64,000 nt of DNA from Camelus dromedarius (taxonomy: Eukaryota). Below are positions 39,690 to 50,670 of the stretch, piece after piece (positions within the stretch are counted from its first letter, which is position 1; each line of letters begins with the position of its first letter). The position numbers were made by a program, and so were the translations under genes. Under the pieces are notes generated by a model that saw only the letters and a list, made by a program, of their open reading frames with translations, was not told the origin of the DNA and searched no databases. Where the stretch lies: assembly GCF_036321535.1 (NCBI RefSeq), contig NC_087436.1, positions 49,044,001 through 49,108,000 on the forward strand, given 5' to 3'.

Positions 39690-40176
39690 CAGGGGTTCTG
39701 AGGTAGAATTTAGGGGGCCAGTGAACTTGGATGTTTAAAACAGGATTGCATCTTTATTTTCACTTACTTCTAATTAAAATTAAGCATTTATGAATGTAGG
39801 CAACAAATTCTATAGTGGTGTTAGTATTATCTATAATTTTTGTCTCCAGTAGAAATGGTATATAATTGTTATGTTATTTTTCTGATGTTGCAGATGTCTC
39901 TAAATATCATTTATATCCATCACTACTTCAAAATTGTGGTAGTTATTAGATCTGCTGCTAGATCAAATCACTTAATGCTTCAGTGAAGAAGCAAGTATGT
40001 TATTGGATCACAATGGTTTTTTCTAAAATATTTTTGTAAATACATTTGAGCGCAGTTGGTTTACTCTTTATGTATTTTATTTTATGCATTTGCAAACATT
40101 ATTTTGAGAAGCGTTTCATAGGCCGTATAGGTGGCTGATGGGGTCCATGAGGAAAAAAGATGGTCAGGCACTCCTA
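39690..40176 (+). mobile_element. hAT-Charlie non-autonomous element MER119-like
   Basis: CAGGGGTTCT start; 'tgaatgtaggcaacaaa...catcactacttcaaaattgtggtagttattagatctgctgctagatc...ggggtccatg' matches the recalled MER119. Confidence 0.75.
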
Positions 40177-40179
40177 AAG

Positions 40180-41674
40180 CATTATTTTCAACTTGTTAGA
40201 CCTAATTCTTCCCTTTTTAAAAAACTGAGGTAAAATTCACATAATATACATTTACCATTTTAAAGCATCTCGTGCAGTCACAATATTGGGCAACCACCAC
40301 TCCTCTAGTTTCAAAACATTTTCATCACCCGGGAAGAACCCTCCCCACCCTTTAAGTAATCACTCCCCCTTCTTCCTTCCCCTCATCTCCTGACAACCAC
40401 TAATCTTATTTCTGTCGCTATGGATTTGTCTATTCTGGATATATCATATAAAAGGAATCATACATGTGACCTTTTGTGTCTGACATCTTTCACGTAGCAT
40501 AATGCTTTTGATGTCCATCCAAGTTGCAGAATGTTTCAGAACTTTGTTCTTTTTTATGGCTGAATAATATCCATTATATGTATATACCACAACTTGCTTA
40601 TCCAACTCAATAACAAAAAGATAAATAATCTAATTAAACAATGGGAAATATACTTGAATAAACATTTTTCCAAAGAAGATGGACCAATGGCTGAAAAACA
40701 CAGGAAGAGACCTTCAATTGCATTGGTCATAAATACAAATAAAAGCCACAATGAGATACCACTATACACTCAGCAGGATGGCTATAGTAATTTTTTTTAA
40801 CCAGGAAATAATTATAACAAGGATGTAGAGAAATAGGAACCCTTGTATGTGGCTGGAATGTAAAACGGTGCAGTTGTTGCAAAAAAATGTTTGGTGGTTC
40901 CTCAAAAAGTTAAATATAGAATTGCCATGTGACCCAGGAGAAATTAAAACATGTCTACATAGAAACTTACATACAAATGTTTACAGAAGTATTATTTGTA
41001 ATAGGCAAAAGATAAATATAATCCAAATGTCTATCAATGGGTGAATGAGTAAACTAACTTCCCTTTTAATATGAAATCTTTTGTAGCAACATCTACATTC
41101 TTGAAATGAAACTGATAGATAATAAAATCTATTACACTGATAATTTCCAAAAAATCAATGCAATGCCTAACTATCATATAAAAAAGAGATAAAAGAAAAT
41201 AGTTTGTAATAAAATTATGCATATTTCAATATGCAAATACTCAGGCACCAGGATGTGAACCATACAAAACAGTCATGTTTGCATCCATATACAGAATCAC
41301 TATGAATGAAGAGCTATAAATGCAGGCTGATACACTATTAGAGACTCAAATACCATGGGCAGATTAAAACAATGCAAAAAATATTTTGTGTTATATACAA
41401 AATGACATTAGTTTTTAGACTGAGTTAATTTTGAAAACAGATTTTGCACCTACATGAATGTCTGATAGGAAATTTGAGAGCAATGAAGGATACAGGAAAA
41501 CTCTTTCTTGGGTAGGGCTGTCTTGAGTGTTGTAGGGCGTTCAGCATCCCTACTTCTATGCACTAAATAGCAACATTGCTCCTCAGTCATTGTGACATCA
41601 GAAAACACCCTGTCAATTAAAAAAAAAAAAAAAATGCCTCCTTGAGGGCTGTACTACCCCTTTGAAAACATCTG
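40180..41674 (+). mobile_element. hAT Charlie7-like element, interrupted by an L1
   Basis: Left end 'ttttcaacttgttagacc', internal 'tgaaatgaaactgatagataata...tacagaatcactatgaatg...aatgcaggctgatac', right end 'cattgtgacatcagaaaacacc...gtactacccctttgaaaacatctg'. Confidence 0.6.
40218..41057 (-). mobile_element. L1 (L1MB-like) insertion with 5' inversion
   Basis: Antisense 3' segment 40218-~40603 is joined to a sense upstream segment ~40604-41055; TSD cttccctttt at 40208-40217 and 41058-41067. Confidence 0.8.
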
Positions 41675-41949
41675 ACCCAAAATCCTTGAATCTTGAAATT
41701 TCTCTGATGATTCATGTTTTATCCTTAAAATTAAATACATATCTGTATTCCATGATACAGTAGAAATGTGCCTGTTTAAACATACATGTAATTATATGTA
41801 ACTCTCATGTATCTAAATTACATGGAGGCCAGTCTCAGTGTATTGCAACTTCCTTAAAACGTAAGACTAGCTCAGACTGTTGATGTTCCTGTAACCTTCA
41901 AAGTAAGTCTCAGGAAAGAGTTACATTTCACTATATAGGGCAAAAAAAA

Positions 41950-42310
41950 TTTTTATATTAAAGTATAGTTGATTTACAATATTGTGTATAGCATAGTGAT
42001 TCAGTTATACATACACACATTCTTTTTCATATTCTTTTTTGTTACAGGTTTATTACAAGATACTGACTATAGCTCCTTGTGCTATACAGTGGGACCTTAT
42101 TGTTTATTTATTTTATATATAGTAATGTGTATCTGTTAATCCCAAACTCCTAATTTATCTCTTTCCCCTTTCGTAACCATACGTTTGTTTTCTATGTCTG
42201 TGAGTCTATTTCTGTTTTGTAAATAACTTCATTTATGTCTTTTTTTTTTAGATTCCACATATAAGTGATCTATCATATGATATTTGTCATTCTCTGACTT
42301 ATTTCACTTA
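41950..42310 (-). mobile_element. L1 3' end (truncated)
   Basis: 'aagtatagttgatttacaatattg...gattccacatataagtgat...tctgacttatttcactta'. Confidence 0.85.
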
Positions 42311-43789
42311 CAAAACTTCTTTAAAATCCATTTTAAATCTCTGCTCTTTTCACAAAACCCCTTTTTTTCCCCAGATGTCTGTCCTTCAGCTTTTCCAGCC
42401 AGGCTGGCTTCAGATATTTTCATAATTTTCTCTAAATATTTTACCCTAACATGCTCCACCAAAAAGAACAAACAGTAGACAATGAAACCCAGTTATCAAG
42501 TTTCCTGGTCCCTCTCTTCAAATGGAAACAGACTCTGCAAGGAGTTATCTTGATATTTGTCCTTTTGTCACTTTAAGGTAGAACAAGGGGCTTTGTCCTC
42601 TGGGATTTTGTTTTTAAGGCTTCTGGGCTTTAGGAACAGACTTAGAGGAACACATGGGTCCTCGTATCTGCTCTCTGCAGCTCTGGTCCAGCCTTCTCCT
42701 AAATCTGCCTCTGTTTTGATTGTACAAACAGTTGTGCTGCTGACACCCCCGGTACCTTCCTCCAAGTAGGTGCTTACTGATTGTTTTAAAACCAATTGAT
42801 TTGTTCTCAGGGACTCTTCTGAGAGTGTCGAGTTAGGGAAAAAAACAACTTTGGAAATAAAATTCAAATTTGCTGTTAGGCATCCTGAGGGCTGCGCCAC
42901 CAACACTGAGACCTTCATTTGCTCTCTGTCAGGTGGTCAGAGGTGTCAGACACGTTGGAAACCTCTTTTTCACTTGACCCAGATAAGTAAGGTATTTTCT
43001 TTATTCAAGGTACCTGGAGCTATGTCCTGATCTTTAAGTTGAACAATCTTTTCAAGAATTTTCACAAAAACATCTCGCTTAATTAACATAAAGGTTTATA
43101 TGAGATCTGCAAAATATGAAGAGAAAAATGATTACCAGTGAACTCTTGCTTCATTCAGAAACTCATCTTATCTATATTAAGAAGCCTTCAAAGAGGGAGC
43201 TAAAATTAGTTGCTATTTAATAGCTGCATATCTGGAAAAAAGAATTTTTATATTTCAAATTAGGTATTAAATAACTTCCAAAAAAGGACCTCTGAGAGTT
43301 TAAGCTTTTCCGTTAAGTCAGCAGAGTTGGGGGTTGTGAAGGAGGTGGGTAAATTTTGTAAAATAATAATCAGCTGAGACATTTGCTTAAAAATCAAATG
43401 AAAAAAATTTCCCAATAATAGAAAGAGGAGTATGCTAGAATCTCCAAAAGAATGACACTGTCCATTGAACGCCTGCGGGAGAACCAATTTCCACTTAACT
43501 TGAAACTTAATGATTTTGCAGACTAGGCTGCAAAAAGTAGCACAGTATGTCCACACTTAAGCAACAGCTCTTCAAGTTAGGAGCAAATGCATGTTACACA
43601 TACAGCATCTGAAGGTGCTAATGATGCTATGACAGGCACTAGTAGTTAGGAAGTTAAAATAATACATATTTTATATTAGATGATAAAGAGAAATAATAAG
43701 AAGAGACAAGGAATGATACACTTTCTAAATTTAAATTACCATACTAGATATTGTTTCCGAAGTGTTTAAGATGTTAAATCTCTTGGAAT

Positions 43790-43950
43790 CATTTTTATTT
43801 TATTGACCTTATTTTTTTAGAGCAGTTTTAGGTTCACAGCAAAACTGAGCAGAAGATACAGGGGCTTCGCTTACGTCCTCCACCCACACACATGCACAGT
43901 CTCCCTCCTGTCAGTATTTCTCATCAGAATGGGGCATTTGTTACAGTCTG
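43790..43950 (-). mobile_element. L1MC/MD-type 3' end fragment
   Basis: 'ttttttagagcagttttaggttcacagcaaaactgagcagaagatacag...catttgttaca'. Confidence 0.7.
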
Positions 43951-43979
43951 TCCAATCACTGCGGTTCTAAAGGTCCGAC

Positions 43980-44190
43980 GATTTTGGCCCCTACACTGGA
44001 CAACTCTAACTGGCCATTTAAGCCCCAGCGTGTTCTGTGGGGTCAGCTGAGGTTATTGCTGGGCCTGCAACGCAGCTCAACTTCTCCCTCTACCCAAAAT
44101 TGCTTTCTTACCTTCATTTCCACATACCGGTCCCAAGGGTACAACCCAGTGAACATGGCGCATCCTAAACTCCATCTCAGAGAGTCCAAC
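43980..44190 (+). mobile_element. LTR16-like fragment
   Basis: 'ggggtcagctgagg...gcagctcaacttctccctctacccaaaattgctttc...catcctaaactccatctcagag'. Confidence 0.55.
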
Positions 44191-45325
44191 CAGTGAAAAG
44201 AAGTTCATCTTTAGCAGGAGCTGTCTGCATTGTTTCACACTCGACGTGTCCCAAGGCAAATTTTTCATTTTATCTCCAAGTTTATCTCCCACTTCTATTT
44301 CCTTTTATCTGGGAATAACACGTTTTGTTGTTGTTGCTGTCCTTCTTCTGTATAGAAAATTGAGTGATTTTTTTTTACCTCTTCTGTCATCATTTTATTA
44401 CCTCCAATCAGGCATCAAATTTTGTGAACTTTTCCAAACCCTACATTCCTTTCTGTATCCACTGCCAGGACTAATGTCTGTGACCTGATCACCTGATATT
44501 TGAGTTACTGTCAACACCTGGACACTTGTCTTTTATTCTCTATTCTGGCCCCTCCTACATATTATTTCTAAATGATTTTCTAAACCATCAGTTTATAAAA
44601 TCAATTCCAATTCAAGAACCTCTGGTGGTTTTGTATTTTGGAAACTCTAGAAATGTTATTTAATATTTTTGTGTGTATTTGTCTTTACTCTCTAACTTGT
44701 AAACTCCTAGAATTGAGACTTATCCTTGCTACCTGGTGATACAAGATGTCACTCCTGGAAGACCAATGTCTAAATCTGAAACAGTTAAAAGGTTATGTAA
44801 TAAATATTATCCTCAGAAATTCATATTTAAAAATTTTAAAGAACTTAACTAACCTAGTTTACCTATTATTATTTCTTATCATTGATATTTCACACTCTTA
44901 ATTCTGATTCTTAAATATTTCAGTAAATTGTAGGGAGTAAAAGATGGGGCTTTAAGGAATTAACAATAAATGATAATTTTTTTAGTAAAATTCACTATTT
45001 CCTTTTCTGAATGCAAGATAAACTTGGTAACATTATAAATGTAATTTACAAAATAACAAGTGTCAGTATTTCATTGGAAGTAAACACTTCATATTCTAAA
45101 TACGCTTAATATGTTTACTGGTTTCTTCCAATCAGGATGCACATAACTTATGGGCAGCTGCCAACTGGATATGTTAAGGAAAGCTACTGGCAAGACAGTG
45201 CTCAGAACTACATGCTGAATTCTCCCAGTGGATAACTAGAAGTGTTAGGAAACATTATGGTGTTAATTTGAGGAAGAGTTCTCTGGGGAAAATTCTTCAC
45301 CATTTTCTAAAGAAAGTCATTGTTT

Positions 45326-45785
45326 AATACTACTCAGCCATGAAAAAAGAATGAAATTTTGCCATTTGCAACAACATAGATGGACTTGGAGGATATTGCC
45401 CTAAGTAAAATAAGTCAGACAGAGAAAGACAAATACTGTATGGTATCACTTATATGTGCAATCTAAAATATACAACAAACTAGTGAATATAACAACAACA
45501 ACAACAAAAAAACCAGACTCACAGATATAGAGGACAAACTAGTGGTGACCAGTGGGGAGGGGGAAGGAGGGAGGAGCAAGATGGGGCTAGGGCATTAAGA
45601 GGTACAAATGACTCTGCATAAAATAAATAAGCTACAAGGCTATACTGTACAACCCAGGGAATATAGCTTATCATTTATAATAACTATAAATTGAATATAA
45701 CCTTTAAAAATTGTCAATCACTATGTTGTACACCTGAAACTTATATAATACTGAATATCAACTGTACCTCAATTTTTAAAAAAAA
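45326..45785 (+). mobile_element. L1 3' end with TSD
   Basis: 'aatactactcagccatgaaaaaagaatgaaattttgccatttgcaacaacatagatggacttggagg...tacctcaatttttaaaaaaa'; TSD aaagtcattgttt (45313-45325) / aaagccattgttt (45786-45798). Confidence 0.88.
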
Positions 45786-46369
45786 AAAGCCATTGTTTTT
45801 AATGCCATGAAAGCAATAATATATCTAAGAATCAGACACCTGGAATGTTTGATCTTAATCTAAGAATACATAGATCATTAGAAATTAGCCCACCACTTCA
45901 TCCCAATAGGATTTTGTCTTGTTGTAATATCTGAACTTCAAAGGTTAATAGAACAATTCAGCTTTTTTCCTACATAAGGAAACAATAAAATTACACAGCC
46001 ACAGTGATATATGCACAAAAGAAATTTCCCTTTTTTATGGGAGAGTCTGCCTTATAGTTTTTGGCCTAAGCAAGCTGATACATTACAAAGTCAATACTGT
46101 TGTTAAAAACATTTTAGGATCTATAATCTGTTGGGAGTCTAAGTGATTAGTGGCAATATCTCCTAGAGATGCTTTCTGGAACTTGGGTAGACCAGTGTCC
46201 TGATTTTAACCATAATGAAATAATTGGAGATGCTGAAAGAACTCAGGTGCCCAAGAATATAAACCTTGCTCACAATTGGAGCAGAAATATGTAGAGTTCT
46301 CAGAGAAATTTTCAAGGAAACTGGACTACAAGGAAAGAAAAACACATTTGTGGAAGACTGCTGGTTGTT

Positions 46370-46750
46370 CTTCAATACTCAGTTTCCTTTTCTTCTTTTG
46401 TAGTATGTCTCCTAATTTTCATCTGGGCCTATGAACACCCAGAAAAAAAGGCTGCTAGTTCATAGTTACGGTCAGTCGACTAAGTGCTGCTGAGTGGGAT
46501 GTAAGTATATATGGCATATGCAATTTCTGGGACGTGTTGTTAAGGGAAGGGCACATCTCCTTTTTTCTTCTTTCTTGCTAGGTAGAATGAGGATGTGCTA
46601 CTCAGAGCTGCAGCACTCATTTTGAACTCATTTGACGGTTAACTTAGCAATGAAGATCAAACACACTTGAGCAACAAGATAACTTGGCTCCCTTACATGG
46701 GAGAGCCCTGTGTCACCTCCAGACATTTATGTTGCTCAAAATGCTGACCA
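46370..46750 (+). mobile_element. MaLR LTR (MLT1J-like)
   Basis: 'gactaagtgctgctgagtgggatgtaag...gcaatttctggg...cttgctaggtagaatgaggatgtg...gagctgcagcactcattttgaac'. Confidence 0.5.
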
Positions 46751-47210
46751 CTGCCTAGATTTAAGTACTACCCTCTCTATATAAAATTACACGATGGCTA
46801 TAGAGTCATCTTGATGAGACTTCAGTTTTCATATATTTGTGAGTAAAAGTTTGTTTCAACCAATTTTTAAACCAGAGGATGTAGTTTGTAGCCATGGAAC
46901 AGAGAAAGGTTAACTCGTTTGAATTGGACCAGACCTGCAATCGTGACTTAGTTACTATAAATTAATGTATTCTACATAAAGATGTTTATTTTTGCAAGAA
47001 TCAGAATTTTAAGCTAGAATTCTATTTTTTATGAATTTATGTATTCATTGTGCTTATTAACATTTCATTCATTAGCTAATTTTTATTACAGTAATTTAAG
47101 AGGATTATTATTTTTAAAATGAGTTCTCTTTTAATTAAAACTTTTACTTAGTTTCTGCAAAGATCACAAGTGCACTTTTTGGGCCTCTTTCTGAAAAATT
47201 GCTACTCTTC

Positions 47211-48297
47211 ATTTTTATTGAAGTATAGTTAATTTATAATGTGTTAATTTCTGGTGTACAATATAGCGGTTTGTGTATATATATATATATATATATGTTC
47301 CTTTTCATATTCTTTTTCATTATAGGCTATTACAAGTTATTGAATATAGTTCCCTGTGCTATACAGTAGGTCTTCGTTGTTATCTATTTTATATATAGTA
47401 GTTATTATCTGCAAATCCTGAACTCCCAATTTATCCCTCCCCATCCTCTTTCCCTCCTGGTAACCAAAAGTTTGTTTTCTATGTCTGTGAGTCTGTCTCT
47501 GTTCAGTAAATAACTTCATTTGTGTCTTTCTTTCTTCTTTTTTAAAAGATTCCACACATAAGTGATATCATATGGTATTTTTCTTTCTTTTCTGGCTTAT
47601 TTCACTTAGTCTGATGATCTCCAGGTCCATTCATGATGTTGCAAATGGCATTATTTTATCCTTTTATGGCTGAATAGTAGTTCATCATATAAATATACCA
47701 CATCTTCTTTGCTCAATCATCTGCCAATGGACATTTAGATTGCTTCCATGTCTTGGCTATTGTAAATAGTGCTGCTGTGAACACTGGGGTGCATGTATCT
47801 TTTCGAATTAGTTTCCTCCAGATATATGCTCAGAAGTGGGATTGCTGGATCATGGGGTTAAGTCTATTTTCAGTTTTTTAAGAGATCTCCATACTGTTTT
47901 TCATAATGGTTGCACTAAACTACATTCCCACCAGTAGTGCAGGAGGGTCCCCTTTTCCCACACCCTCTCCAGCATTTACCGTTTGTGGACTTTTGAATGA
48001 TGGTCATTCTGACTGGTGTGAGGTGATACCTCATTGTAGGTTTGATTTGCATTTCTCTGATAATGATATTATTTTTTCACATGTCTATTGGCCATTTGTA
48101 TGTGTTCATTGGAGAAATGTTTCTTTAGGTCTTTTGCCCATTTTTGATTGGGTTGTTTTTTTTTTAAGTTGTATGAGATGTTTGTATATTCTGGAAATTA
48201 AGCCTTTGTCAGTTGCATCATTTGCAAATATTTTCTCCTATTCCGTAGGTTGTCTTTTTATTTACGGTTTCCTTTGCTGTGCAAAAGCTTTTAAGTA
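47211..48297 (-). mobile_element. relatively young 5'-truncated L1 (3' ~1.1 kb)
   Basis: Well-preserved antisense L1 3'UTR/ORF2 end ('ctgactggtgtgaggtgatacctcattgtaggtttgatttgcatttctctgat', 'ttcctttgctgtgcaaaagcttttaag'); contains (TA)n at ~47276-47296. Confidence 0.9.
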
Positions 48298-48299
48298 TA

Positions 48300-48376
48300 A
48301 TTATTTTCTATTTTTAATTTAAAATTTTTATTGAGGTAGTTGATGTACAATATTATGTAAGTTTCATGTGTACAAC
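48300..48376 (-). mobile_element. second, very short L1 3' tail
   Basis: 'ttttttattgaggtagttgatgtacaatattatgtaagtttcatgtgtacaaca'. Confidence 0.75.
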
Positions 48377-48489
48377 AAAAATTACTATTCTTCCTTTCAC
48401 TATTATAGACTGAATAATTGAAATTTTTCTTTAAGTTTGGATTCCTAATTTTAAAATATTTTATTTACCACTCTCTTCTGGATTCTCTC

Positions 48490-49190
48490 TTATTCATTAT
48501 GAGAACTGACCTTCGTATTTGACAAGAAGCAGGTCATGGATAACTGTGAGAAGGTGGAAGAAGCCATTTGGACTGAGATGCGGGAAGAGCATGAAGAAGT
48601 GGAGATAGTGTCCATGTATGATGTTTCTGTAAGTCTTTTGGGAAAGCCAATAACCAGAATTCCATCATGAGAAAGATTTGGTAAGAGGGAGTTCCAGGAA
48701 CAATTTAACTCAACAATAAAGGAGCCGTTATCTATGCAAGGCATGATGAATGCTCCATTGTTCAAAAATACGAAATCTCAAATCTTAAGTGCTTGGCATA
48801 TAGACAATCCAGTGGGCTGGTCAGGGTAATAAAGGGAATGTAAGATCAAGAACATACAAGTGCCGTTGTAGAAATGAAAATGTGAGAGAGAAAAAAGATA
48901 AATCACCTCTACTTGGGCTAAATAGGACAGGGCTTCGTGGAGAAGGCATTTGAGGAAGTTTCCGTTTTCTGCTCTCTCGGTCAGTGTCAAGGTCAAGTCT
49001 TCACAAGGAGGCCAGATCATTATGTCTAATAGTGATGCTTTTGTGTGTACGTGCTTGTCCCCTACATTGGCCAGGATCTAGAACAGTGCTTGGGACAGAG
49101 TAATCACTCGATATTATATCATTATAATAAAACACTATTATGATAGTAAATACTGACTGGCTGAGTGAGTAAAGGAATTAATGCATGTAT
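48490..49190. mobile_element. LINE-2 relics upstream of PPA2
   Basis: Antisense-type 'gaccttcgtatttgacaagaagcagg...gaagaagtggagatagtg' and sense 3' end 'tctagaacagtgcttgggacagagtaatcactcg...gtaaatactgactggctgagtgag'. Confidence 0.45.
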
Positions 49191-49249
49191 GCATTAGGAA
49201 GTGGCAATGAGCTCTTCAGGGGCAGTGGACCTGGTCTTGCTTGTCTTTG

Positions 49250-50090
49250 AACCCGGGTCTCGCAGCGGTTCCAGTGTGCTTTACTGGCAATTCGCTGGGC
49301 TCTCTCATTTCTCCGAGGATTCCCAGGGCCAGCCTGGTGGGGGTGGGGATCCAAGCCCCGGGCCTGGAGTGACGACTCCGGGCGGTAGGGGGCGCCGTCG
49401 CGCAGCCGGGCCGGTCCCGACGAACCACTCGCGCGAAGCCGGACCGCAATCGACGCCATGCGTGCGTTGCTGCCGCTGCTGCGCACGAACTGGGCCCGGC
49501 GCGTGGGCGTCCCCGCCGCCACCGCCGCCCGCCTGCCGCGGGGAGCAAGCGCAGGGCACGGGCCGCGCCGCGCCATGGCCTTGTACCGCACGGAGGAGCG
49601 CGGCCAGCCCCACTCGCCCGATTACCGCCTTTACTTCAGTAAGTAGCTCGCGGGGGCCCACCGCGCGGAGGGCCGCAGGCTCGTGCTAGGACCTGTGCGC
49701 CCGCGCGGCCTCCATCCCTGCCTCTTTCGGGCCGCCTTCCCGCACGCGGGGGCCCGCGCTGAGCCACGGGAGCTGCCGGCGATGGGGGCGGCGGACTCGG
49801 TCCCCATACGCGGAGCGCTGAGACGCAGGGTGGAGCCGCGCCAGTCACCTTGGGTGCTGCCAGCCGCCCTCCCGGAGCCGCGGGCGGAGCGCGTGGGAGC
49901 GCGCGGTCACCTAGCGCGGCCGGCAGCCGTTAACCCAGCCGCCGCCGGCGTTCTGGGTCCGCGCGACGTCGTGGTGAACCGGAAGGAGCGGAGTCCGCCC
50001 CCGGCCCGCCCTCCCGGTGGGCGTAGCAAAGCTTCTCCTGGGGGAGGGCCGCCCGCGATGGGAGAGGCAGGCGGAACTTCGGAGATGCCT
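49250..50090. promoter_or_regulatory. PPA2: CpG island / PPA2 promoter and first exon
   Basis: Very high GC and CpG density surrounding the PPA2 ATG and extending into intron 1; no TATA box seen. Confidence 0.9.
49458..49638 (+). CDS. PPA2: Inorganic pyrophosphatase 2, mitochondrial; exon 1 CDS (181 nt) encoding the presequence and the start of the mature enzyme
   Basis: [60 protein letters not shown]: an Arg-rich presequence with no acidic residues, followed by PPA2-like 'MALY.TEERGQP.S..YRL.F'. Donor TTCA|GTAAGT, phase 1. Confidence 0.96.
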
Positions 50091-50489
50091 GGTGCAGTTT
50101 TATTTTTCGGGGATGGGGTAGGGGGGCACTCTGATGAAGGCTCTTTTCCCAGAAGCATGAATTTATTCTCTCAAATTTGCACCTTGAATGCGATCCACGA
50201 TCAAGAGCCATATTGATTTGAGAGTGGCCTCTTCTCCCCAAACTGAGCAAGCCTAGAGGGCGAGGCCACTTGGGGCACTGACCTGGCCAGTGAAGATCTT
50301 CATTCTTCTCATTTTTCTTTGCATCCTGATATTTCACTGTGTAGGCTATGACGTGAAATAGTGAGGTTGGTTGAGTTGCTTTCATGCCTCGCTGATTTCA
50401 GAGCTCTGAGGGGAGTAGTACTTTTTTCTTTCCCCTGTAAAGTCGGCCTGGCCTTATCGCCCACCTGTAGGGACCTCCAGCTCTGGAGA

Positions 50490-50670
50490 CTTTCAGATCT
50501 CAGCTTGAATTCTGGATTCTTTAGCTCTTAGCTCTGTGACCCTGGACAAGTTTCCTAACTTGCTGAGCCTTGGTTTTTCTCATCTGTGAAAATAAGACTA
50601 AGAATTACATGACATAGTGAATACAAAGTGATTAGTCATCGGGTCTAGAATATAAGTTATTATTATTAAT
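50490..50670 (+). mobile_element. MIR SINE
   Basis: 'tagctctgtgaccctggacaagtttcctaacttgctgagccttggtttttctcatctgtgaaaataag'. Confidence 0.8.

Noticed and set aside
42885..42910. Possible CTCF site (gctgcgccaccaacactg)
   Set aside because: The core lacks the conserved AG and the upstream CC; too weak
47906..48322. 138-aa ORF (also 30009-30367 and 27785-28850)
   Set aside because: Antisense reading of L1 ORF2/3'UTR remnants
49639..49646. End of the 62-aa ORF (…FSK*)
   Set aside because: This is the splice donor GTAAGTAG; the frame continues in exon 2 at 63972
49178..50385. Many overlapping 100-177-aa ORFs on both strands
   Set aside because: Expected from stop-codon scarcity in a CpG island; low-complexity Pro/Arg/Gly/Ala products with no recognisable domain
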